Positions 53,152-64,000 of a DNA stretch of 64,000 bases are shown here, piece after piece. The notes below the pieces were generated by a model. That model had not been told where the DNA came from. It did no database searches and saw only the letters and a program-made list of their open reading frames with translations. Each line of letters opens with the position of its first letter. The stretch's first letter is position 1. A program made the translations under genes and the position numbers. The stretch is from Auanema rhodensis (taxonomy: Eukaryota > Animalia > Nematoda): contig OZ059900.1 of the NCBI GenBank assembly GCA_964057225.1, positions 6,820,001-6,884,000 of the forward strand. Direction: 5' to 3'.

Positions 53152-54285
53152 AATACTCTAAGAGTTAACAAATAATTTAGGATCTACAGTTCCGACAGAA
53201 ATGTTAAAAAACATTGAAATATCAGTAAATAGTTCACAATTTCTCCAGAATTTCAGAAACATTCACAGTTGATTACAGATATTCAGAGAAGAACTGATGA
53301 GAGAGTAGGTGAGGAAGTAATCAAGTGAGAGAGAGATGTATAGAGAGAGAGAGAGAGAGAGAGAGTTTTTTTATTTTTGAAACTAACCTGTAGAGGATCC
53401 GATCCACTGAATGTATGCGTTGTACCTAGAACATATCATTTAGACTAAGATGTTATATACACTCAATCTAAAATACAAATATACCAATATACCAATATAC
53501 AATCAATAACGCAAATATTTTTTCTTTTCCTATCATTGTTCCGATTTTTGCTTTTCCAATATTTTCCAAATTATTTATTTTCGCTCAACTTTTCATTTTT
53601 TTTATAATTATTGTTTTCTTTTTACTATATTTTATTGCAAGCATATATTTCTATATTTTAAGACATTAATTAGATCTCTTTGTTTCTCATACTATGATTG
53701 TCTTAAACTTGTTTGGTTTTTTAAATAAAACAGTATATTCCGGATATTCATTAATAAAACACACAGTGTTTACAAAGTATAGGTAGTAAGTATAATTAAA
53801 CTTGAAAAAATAAAAAAAAAGAATATCATATTTGAATAGTACATGGTTTAATATTTTTTTCTTTATTTTTTTATTATTTTTTTAATTTCAAATTGTGGTG
53901 AAGCGCTGTTTTTCAACTTTTCAACGGATTGCATAGTTAATGATGAAAAATGAAAATGTGTTTAAACGCCTAATCGATTCGTTTTATAAAAAATAAATTG
54001 ATTGCTAAAACACTATCAATCTATAAAGTAACATAAATAAGTTATATAATAAATCATAATGAGATAATTTAAAAACAAAACACAACAATAACTGAATAAC
54101 TTGTTGATTAAAACGTAGATTGATTTGAAAAGTCATTTTCTGAAACTTTAAACATCTTTTGCATAAAGTTATGTATACGATAGAGTTCATAGTATTCTAA
54201 AATAAGTTAATTATATCAGCTAACTATATAAAGAACTTACATAAATATCATTTTCGTGAATTGTTTCCGAGATTTTTGATCTAAA

Positions 54286-57200
54286 TCACAAAACGTATCG
54301 CATTGCGGTAAATGTATCTGAGGGATTCCAGTTTTGAGGTATATATATTAAGTGTTCCAAACGAGAATACTCTATGGTTGTACGTACCTGAAATATTTTG
54401 TATAACGTTGAAAGATTCAAAAAAAACATACTGGTTTATAGACATCAAAAGTTGTGCTTTCAGTAGCGGTGAAATTGACCACTACATCGCCGATCCTGAT
54501 AAGCTGACTGATTGGGATCTCTACTGGTTGAACAAATGGTCTCTGTTCTCCAGATGTTGATACTTCACCTATATTAGGTTGTTCTCCATTTTGAAACACA
54601 ACATTTTCAGGAATATTAATGAAAAATGCTTCTATTTCTCGCAGATTTTCTCTCCTTCTTTCTCGTTCCAAACGATCCGTAAATCTGTTTACAAAATCGA
54701 AGCGTCCTTGATTTGTAGATAATGGAGCAAAGCATCTGAGAAGATACTCATGGTTTGGCAATCTCATTTCGACCAAGTATCTTGGATAAGTACGTGGAAT
54801 GAAAGCTACTTCTTGAACACGTGGCCTTTGGCCAAGAGCGTGGGAACGGTGAAATCTTGATATATTCAGTAAGCGGATAAATTCGCTATCAGAACGAGGA
54901 ATATAATACAGTATTGGTAGAGAGTGGATTCTAGTTCCACACAAACTTGAAAAATGAATGATAGGGTCTGGTCTACCTCGACCAGGCCCCAAAATGTTGC
55001 ATTTAAGTACAGGATGAACTATGTGGCAGCGTATACGATATCCTCTGAACATTGGATTTGTGGTGTCTCTCAAGGCAATATTTTTCAATCGATCTATAAA
55101 AGGTTTCATGTTCAAGTTGTAACCTCTGATTCGGATGCCATATTCGTTTGCAGAAATGTAGCTAGTATCATGTCCAATATAAATTCCTTGAATGTCAGGA
55201 TGAAGAGGATCATTATCAATTCTCAAAAAAAATTTGTTGTCCTCACTTCCTTTTTTTGTGCTTTCGATGCTCATTATAATGCCATTAAATTGAGGAACGG
55301 CATTTTCAATGTCTGGCATGACACGCGTATATCGAACAGCAGGCATTTGTTCAGGAATTGCCGCCGATTTAACAACTAGTCCACCTCCTCCCATTCTTAA
55401 GAGGTACAAGAATGCGTTACCATCTGTATCATTAGTTACAGAGCTTATGAGCTCAATTAGCTTGTTATGCTTATCGTGAACACATCCTATGCGTGGAAAT
55501 GCGTTGCAAGGTCGGTTAGATTCTTCTTTAGTAGAGCATGGGCTATAAGCAAGACTATTTCCAACGATTTTGGTTTCGCTCTCCCAGTGATGCAAACGAT
55601 TTGGCCGAGTTGTGTTTGGTCTAGGAGGACTTCTTGCCTGTCGACGAACTATAGTGCGAATAGGATATTTTGAATCAATTTTGCTATTGCACAGTATCAC
55701 AGATGGTTCGCCGGTGGGCTCAGGACTTGCGAATACTTTGCGTTGTCCTACAGGATGGGACACTCGGTTAAAATGAACTCGAATTCCGACACCGGTGCTG
55801 TTAGCGCCATCAGAAATATCTATTGCAGGTCCTTCGAAAAGTTCAGTTTTCAGTTGAAAAAAAGGTAAAGATGTTCTGATACTGCTGCAAGGTCGTTTTG
55901 GTGGTATCATATCATCAAATTCTCCAAAGTTATAATTAGTATTAGAAGTAGATGCTTTTCCTCTAGAACTCGGAGCAGTTGGTGTAGTTGGGGCATTTGG
56001 TCCAGTTGGCGTAGTAGGTGCCGTTGGTTTGCTCGGAGTTGTAGGTACAGGTGGCTGCGTTAAAACTGCTGTGCTCGCCGTATTTATATATTTTTTTTGT
56101 TTTTCATATCTTATGATTCGTGGATTTTTGATCATAACGACAGAATTAGAAGGGCTTGCTCGACGAACGTTTTTTCTACCGTTGGAGTTGTTAGTTCTTC
56201 CTAAAGTGTTGAACGAATTACATAGTACTCGTGCTGTTCCTATTTCTTCAAAGTGATTGACAATGAATCTTCGTCCGTAATTACTCCGGTTGAAATCATA
56301 ATTTCTGTAGAAAGCATATCTGCTCTTTTTCATTTGAGCAATGAAGTCAGTTTCTTCAACAATGTCCCTTGACGCATTAATACGGTTGTTGTCCTTCGTA
56401 TAAAATCTTATGTACGGGCGGCAGTAGTCATGCTCCGGTAACATTCTGCTGATGATCAAATGTTCAGCACTGCTTTCACTTGTAGTGCTAAAGCTGCTGC
56501 TATTATTTTCATAACGATTTTCTTCTTTATTCGTACTGCAACTGGAACGTTTTTTAATCTTCCTCTCCTGTTCATTCTCAGAATTGAAGTTACTGTCAGA
56601 AGAAGTCTCATTTTTTGTAACTCTGTTGAAAACAACTTTGTAGACTTCGGGATCAATAATGGCATCTGTTGAAATCTGACTATCATTATCAATAGCACGC
56701 TCAAGATCAGTTTCGTTTTCAATATCACTATCATCCTCGTCAGATTTACTTCCATTTTCTTCTATTTCAGTATCATTTGAATTATGAGTATTACATTCAT
56801 TTATTCCTCCATGTAAGTCACGCGATAGGTTGCTGCATTCACCAGAATCCCTGTCCTTTACTGGATTCTCAAACTGATTGGACTCCTCATGAACAATTGG
56901 ATTGTGACATTTCACAATGTTCAATTTTCCACCGTACATGCTGAGGTTTTTTGTATTCTGTTCATCAAGAAACTTGGATAACTTATGAGGTACTTCAATT
57001 AACAGTTGTGGAGACCAATAAACTGGCTCATCAAGAAGAGCATATGTCAGACGATTGAAAATGAATTGCATAGTAACTGGCACTCCATTGGATTTGATTT
57101 CTTCTTTTGCAATATATGGAAGATGTATTTGAAGTAAATTGTATTTGCAATACTCATCCGGAATGAACGTGCAAATTAATTCTTTGTGACCAGGCACTGT

Positions 57201-60200
57201 TTCCAAATTAGGGCAGATGTATTCATTCACTTTTTGTATTTCCTTTACAGTCTTAGTATCTCTTGTTTCCTCAATAAGAAATGCAGCTATACGCAAAGTG
57301 CTATTTTGGACGACTTCATGAACAAACAGATGTCTCTCAAATATATCCATCTTGTGAAATTTCTTCATTTCCTCTCTGAATTCTTCTTCGCTTTTTTCCA
57401 CTGCAGCATGAGGGTTGCCGAACAATTGGGTATTTCGAAATTCCTTGATATACCACTCTCGAGTGCGTTCTCTTGCAACTTGTTTTCTCTGATATGGTTC
57501 ATGTCTTGGTTTATATATGAGAAACCTTCCATGATACACATGGGAATGATCCCGGAGATGAATAGGAGTTCCATTTTTACATTTCCATTTCCTGTTTTGA
57601 AGCAACTTGATTTCTTCAACTGATGATTTGCGTGGAAGAGTAAGATTTCCGAATAGTTTACTAGTAACAGATCTCAGCTCATCCTTGTTATCAATGTCAG
57701 AAAAATTCACAGAATCAGCATTTAAAATGTAAAAGTAAATGCTATCTTTTTCAGTGGTGATCTTCCAATTTTTTACTTTTTGAAACAGTGAAGCCTGATA
57801 TTGTACATCTAAACGAGCTTGAATTTGCTTATTGGCTTCTAAATAAGCTTTGTTGATAACTTGTTTGCTCCCATTACCGATGTATACAGCACCGCGTAGA
57901 GCAAATGAATTTGGGGCTGTCACAGTTATATTCTTAGAAACATCGCCCGTTTCTATACAGGATGGTACGAAGTTGGTCTGGCGTGATAGTGCTTTCATAG
58001 ATGCAATATACAAGGCGGCATGCTCTTCAGATATAGGCATCATTACATATTGGAAATTTGGCTGATTGGAGATAACATCAGCATTGTAAACATCCTTGAC
58101 AAGATCCAGAGATTCCCTGTTGGAATCAATCTCCATAATATCTTCATCTTCTTCATCTTTGTTCACTTCATCATTGATGTTGCCATCTTTTTCTAATAAA
58201 TGGCTATTGAAAATTATATGAAGTGTTGATTCGAATTCAGTTGATTCCTCAGTTTTTTCTCTTCTTCGACCGCCTTTTCTCACTGATTTTTTTTGCAAAC
58301 GAGCAATATTGTCTTCAAACAGATCTTCAATAGCACGTGCAGCCAGCGTACGTTTTAAAATCTCTCTCTCGGTAAGCGATTTACTTACTTCACTTATAAG
58401 CATTTCTTGAGCTAGCTTAGCGCGTTCCACCAAATCATCAAATTGAGCTTCAAAGTTGTCAAAACGATCATCGTCTGGACGATCAAGTAGTCTACGGCTG
58501 AGTAAATATGCTCTATAGCATATGAACTGCATCATTGACTTTTTTCGCTGTAAAATATAATATGTTAAATGAGAATATTCTATAAGAAAAACAAACCTCA
58601 ACCAAATTCCAGAAATACATTTCTTCGGAAATAATATGATGATTGAATGCGAAAAAGCGAGCCATTTTCTGAAAAATAACAAATTTGTGAATTCACAAAA
58701 ACTGAGTAACTCACATATGTTATAATAGGGCTTACATCGATGAAATATCTCAACATAATTCCAAAATTGTATATGTCAATATGATGAGTTAATATGAGCT
58801 CTATAGCATCAGAAAATCTCTTTAGTTGCCATTTTTTAGCTGAAAAATAACAAAATAAAAAAATATTACAGTTACTTCAATTATATTTTACCAATTCTCA
58901 AGCATTCAAATAAGTATTCCGGACTCGAATAGAGTTGAGAATGTATAGCTCCTGTGGACATGAAATGTATAACCATTTCCAGCTGAAAATAAAATGAATC
59001 AAGCTCAACCGTTTTGAAATCTATTCTCACAATATGAATATTTGTATCGCATTGCATTTCTTCCATAGCTCTGTTTAATAAACGAAGTGTTGGTGATACG
59101 TCCAAGATTGGTCGAGAAACTGTTTTGTACTGTCCAGGATCAACCTAAATTGCCATTTTTGTTTTCTCTCACATCAAAAATACTACTTACTGAATGTACT
59201 CGAACTTTTATAGCATTAGGAGGAGGTTTCAATATTCGTTCATGCAGCAATTGCGCAAGCAAAGGTTTAAACATTTCGTTATCTCTTAGAACAGTATTTC
59301 GATCAAATTGAGATGGATATACAAGCTAAAGAATATATATATATGATTTTGAAGCATATTCATTAATTTTTCAAATACCTGAACGCGACATTTCCAAGTT
59401 TTATCTGGATACATATAGTTATTGAGAACTTCAATCGGACACTAAAAAAACTTTAATTTCAAATAAATTGATAAGGTTGTTATACAGTGTAGTTACGAAT
59501 TCTCTTGGTTGAATTATATTTATCAAACTCAAGATCTAAATCAGGAAGTTCCTCTTTGACCAAAGTTACGTACAAGTAACCATCAAATGGTGGAACATCT
59601 TCCTGAAACAAGTATTTTATATTAGTTTTATGTATAGTAATGAGCATACATCAGTTGCTTGAACAACTTCAATTAATGAATTTCCAACTGTTTCTCCTTT
59701 TCCGTTTTCATAATAAGTTATAGAATAAATTAGAGCAGCGTCCTTAATTTATTTGTTTTTAAAACTTGAAAGAGTTTTTCAAACTTACTTGATGGCATCT
59801 CAAAAATTTTCTTTTTTTCACTAACGTACGAGAATCCGATATGTCCTTTAAACAAATAAATAAGTGAAACTGAGAAAAGTATTAGCTACACGTTTGTATA
59901 AAATCTATTTGAAACTAAATTTTCTTTCAATTCACGCGTTGTATAGATTTATCAAAGATGTTTACTACATTATACAGTTATAGTATATAGTTTGTAGTTT
60001 AGTAATCAATATATTTTTGTTTTCAGTTAAGAGTAATTTAACAAGGCTTGAATATCTCGAATGATATATAAAAGATTATGATTTCATTTTTTTCTCGAAT
60101 TTTCAGAAATTTCTATTAATTTTTCAAAATGTAATTTTTATTTGATTTACACTTGAATTTATGCTTGAAATTTTAAGAAGATTTAAAATTTTAAAATTTT

Positions 60201-60416
60201 ATAGTTTTTTCTTTTTAAATTTAAAACAATGTTAACCTTTGGATAGTAAAACTCCTCTTCTCCTACCAATAATTCACCATGACACTTATTCATATATGTG
60301 GGCTGAACTAATGGAAATGCTGAAAAATTCTTGTTTCTTTCTTTATTTTTTGGTTTTATTTATTTTTATCAAAAAAGTAACTTACGAAGTGTTCGTGGAC
60401 GTGATGGAACCTCCAT
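54286..60416 (-). CDS. 13-exon, ~1730-aa protein: divergent N-terminal MATH-BTB-BACK (SPOP/bath-like Cullin-3 adaptor) plus ~1400-aa unknown C-terminus
   Basis: Manually spliced, all GT-AG and in phase: 60416-60386, 60319-60237, 59845-59789, 59742-59650, 59602-59486, 59441-59379, 59325-59191, 59144-59031, 58982-58892, 58839-58715, 58668-58597, 58547-54432, 54387-54286. Motifs: IYSITYYENGKGETVGNSLIEV and IEVLNNYMYPDKTWKCRVQL (MATH-like); ILEMVIHFMSTGAI...LFECLRIAKKWQLKRFSDAIELILTHHIDIYNF (BTB/3-box); RFFAFNHHIISEEMYFWNL (BACK-like). A few donors and the last exon are uncertain. Confidence 0.78.
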
Positions 60417-63400
60417 GCCTGTAAGTGCTTAATATTTGGTGTCTGTTTTTTAGTCAGTCTATAAAGGCATTCTTTATAACCGTTTAGTGAAAAAATGCCA
60501 AGAAGTTAGGAGAATAAGAAAAAAAATTGCAAGGAGTGAGGAGAATAAGAAAACAGTCGAACAATTCAAGTAATCTGAAAGAGCACCTACTCAGGAGCAG
60601 GGCATTAGAAGGAATGATGGGTCTCAGATAAACATAGGCGGGGCTTGCTCCATGTGAAGACAAAAATAATTTGATCAATGCAAGATATTTTTAAATGAGA
60701 TTTCATTTTAATAAATGATATTAGTCGTAAATAACTTCCAAAAGGAGTTTGGATTGGAACGGTTGCCTGGGAGATGAGCTCCCTTAATCCCGTAGGGAAG
60801 TAGATTATCGAAGTTGCAGTCATGTTTATTATTGATCAATTCTAAATTAATTTGATAATTATGAAATTACTAATATAAGAAATAGAATGGAATTAAAAAT
60901 TTTCGAAAATTCTTGAATCTGTAGCGTTTAATTTGGTTCGTTTAACTATTGAAGCAGATGTTCAAGAGGGAGCATTACGTTTTGCAATGGTTTCTTTGAA
61001 AGACGAAAAAAGGAGCCGCAAATATCAAAAGCAATGAAAATTTGCTGTTTTTTCTCCTAATGGGTTGAAAAAAGCTCTTTAAAAAATTTATGAGCTCGTT
61101 AATCATATTTTTTAAATAAATGAAAAAGCAAACGATGAGCTGGAGAGTAGTCTAGAAACATCAGAATCAATCTTGCTTCCAGTAATAATTTGTCGGCTCC
61201 ATTCAATTGCTCTAAGTTTTTTTGCATAAAACTTTTTTTCCTAAAGATGCAGAAGGATGATGCCATAAATGATTATATATTTCATTATGATGTAGTTGAT
61301 CCAGGTAATTAAAAATGGTTGAGGCATCAAGAAAAATTACATCCAAGGAAAATACAAAAAAAGAAAATAATGTTTTTTTCAAAGTAGGTAGCTATAAAAA
61401 AAATAGATAGAAATAAGAGATAGATATTTGATAAAAAAAACAAAAAAGAAGTTATAATCTCTTGAGATTTATTAAGAAATATTTTGGGTTGTTGAGGAAT
61501 AACAATGAGAGAGAAAGTCAAGTTATATATCATGAAAAAAGAAAATTGAGAAAAGTCAAAAATACAAGAATGCGTTCAATTCTTAAGAAATAAAAATGAA
61601 GTGGAAAAAATGATTTAATTCAATGTTTAGAATACTCGTATCAATTTCCCAAGTGCGATGAGTTTTTGAATTTGCTTCATATCAAGTTTTCTGTTTTTGC
61701 AATCCAAAACAATAAATCATATAGTTTACGGATTGAGTTGTTTTAGGGAGGCAACCTTGGGATAACATCCCATTTAATACAACATGTATCGCCGAAGATG
61801 ATATTAATATATAAGATATTTGAAGACGTTATGTAATTTTAGACAAAGTTTGAAACATATCTCAAAATTCACTGTATAATTAGTTCAAGTGTTTATATTA
61901 CATCCTTAAGGAGCATTGCATATAAATTATACAATTCAAAGTTGGAATATATTAGAACACTGAGTTGGGATTGATACAAATCGAGCATAATTTAATGTTT
62001 TGACTTTGAAAATTTTTTATTTTACAACTTCTTTTCAACTTTGACTCTGATTATTACTTAATTTTTAGCTCTTAATGACAGCCGGCTATTCATCTGTTTA
62101 AGCATTTGAATAACTTCTCAGTATACTTCTATACACATTAATCAGCATAATCAATGTATGAAACATGTATAAGTATTTTGTTTATATAATGCATGCAAAC
62201 AAGAATTATCATATCAAAATAGATTATCATTATCGAGATAAGGTATTCTATTGTTCATAGCATTGCTGTTAGGAGATATAAATAAAGAAAAGGAAGATAT
62301 AGTGATAGTAACAAGAGTAAATGAACACATAATGATAATATACTAGATAATCAAGGAGAAACAGAAAGATTGAAAAAGAAGAAAACGGTGCTAAGAGAGA
62401 GTGGTGATAGAAAAAGGTACATGTAGAGAGAAAAAGATAGAGGAAAAAACCGAGAGATTCATTGAATGATAGAAAATAAAGAAAAAGTAGTAGAAAAAAC
62501 TGTTAAGAGATGACGGGGGAGAGAGAGTGAGAATATGGTGAAATAATGAATGTGAAAGCTCAAAAAATAAAATTGTGCCAAAAGTTATATTCTGTAAAAG
62601 AGATGAATGAAGGCTGAAAAGATGAGAGCAATCCAAAGAAGCATTGCTGATGAACAATTCATGAATGAAATTCATATAAGGAACAAAAGTTTTAATGAAA
62701 TGTAATGCAAAACATGAGATCTAGAGAAATTGTGAGAGTAAGAAATGTGCAATTTTGTGAGAGATATAAAGAATCTTTCCATATAAGCCAAAGAAGATAA
62801 TGCGATTTCGATGTTTGATCAACAAAAGGACAGAATTAGTACAGCGTAAACTTTGCTTTTTTTTAGTTTTGAAACTATTGACTGGTGGTGCATGCTCACT
62901 GCGCAAATAAAAATAAAAAAACAAAAATAATTTTTTAAAATAAAAATTTAGAAAATATTTTTGTTGTTATCGCAGTTATGGCTATTGATTGCCAAATTGA
63001 ATAGACGCGGTACGCAAAGCATTCATATCCAACCAGAGCGTTCCTTGTTATTATGAGATGGTCAGCCTTATGGAAAAAACAAAAAGGCGCGAAAAAAATT
63101 TAAAGAAGGAAGTGTTGGGTTTGTAACTTCATAAAATTGAAATTTAATTATTTTATCTGTAATGAACACCATGAAAGGAATATTAAATGAGCAAAGGGGA
63201 GCTTGGAATAGGTAACTAAGGTAACTGGCTAGTTTGGTAAGGTAGTCTTCATGACACATGATGATAGGCGGGCATTTCTCCGACCGCGTTCGCGCCCGTT
63301 GACCTGAGATTATGCCAAACGCAGGAAATAGAGTGACATATTGACGCTCCTGCCTGTGCACGTTCATCATGCAGAAGGAGATTAGCTATCTCCACCACAG

Positions 63401-64000
63401 AATTATGGCTTGATGACCACCTTGCTAAAAATTTAAGAATGTCACTATAGGTGCTAGACAGGAAATCGTCTAACATCTCTCATAAATTTGTGTCAAGTCA
63501 AAGAATGCACATTCAAGAAGATATGATGCTCATCTTAACCGTGAGGCAATACTAATTATACGCATACACAATTGAATATTCTAAGAAAGGCTCTCTCTAC
63601 TAAGAAGTATAAGTGCATTTTCATTAGAAATTTCAATACTTGATAACTATCTAAATATTATAACAAAATTGAAAGACAAAATTGGTTAAATTCAAAAAAA
63701 ATACAGAGAAAATAAAGAAATGTATTGTTAGAAGAAATGATATGACATGAACCGTTAATTTTTTTCCGTTCCTGTAATAGATCATACGATGACTCCTGCC
63801 AGATTGACATGAAATTATCTGTGTAATTGAATAGATTTCAGCACAAATTCTGTATATGCAAATATTTATAAAAACTTGATAATCTAATAAATATTGAAAA
63901 AAAAACTAATTTTTTTCAGTAAAATTCACTACTTATGAAACAATATGTTCGAGATAAATGCAATTGATGAACTAGAATGATAAAATAATAAGGATGTAAG

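Larger units (their letters stand above)
50568..53892. repeat. 3.3-kb inverted repeat: arms 50568-52210 and 52276-53892, 65-bp spacer
   Basis: Arms are reverse complements at every spot checked. The 26-bp length difference is fully explained by (CT)18 vs (AG)12 and a 14-bp duplication near 50730 in the left arm only. Confidence 0.97.

Noticed and set aside
54954-58065. Plus-strand and alternative-frame ORFs overlapping the large exon
   Set aside because: Shadow ORFs of the 1372-codon minus-strand exon, with no independent support.
62970-63560. Relatively GC-rich patch with short ORFs (possible TE/LTR or pseudo-exon)
   Set aside because: No recognisable motif, terminal repeat or continuous frame; cannot be supported without a database search.

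Overview
AT-rich eukaryotic DNA, most likely nematode (37-70 nt GT-AG introns, TTTTCAG acceptors, CC-domain peptide gene, MATH-BTB gene). 1-~29.8 kb is a near-perfect 451-bp tandem array (~66 copies) and ~30.6-41.1 kb is a composite 131/292-bp array. The two satellites are homologous and both look like amplified, intron-containing, disabled fragments of a USP7/MATH-33-type deubiquitinase gene (WxxFDD...SAYMLVY, end of the catalytic domain). A ~6-kb nearly C-free purine tract follows and abuts a probable Maverick/Polinton polB relic. The unique remainder holds a two-exon secreted Cys-rich peptide gene missed by the ORF track, an unknown coiled-coil exon, a 3.3-kb palindrome carrying tRNA-like A/B boxes, and a 13-exon (~1730 aa) MATH-BTB-BACK-like gene with a 4.1-kb single exon of unknown nature. 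All homology calls are by-eye motif recognition and need database confirmation. The repeated 61-149 aa ORFs in the arrays are by-products, not genes.
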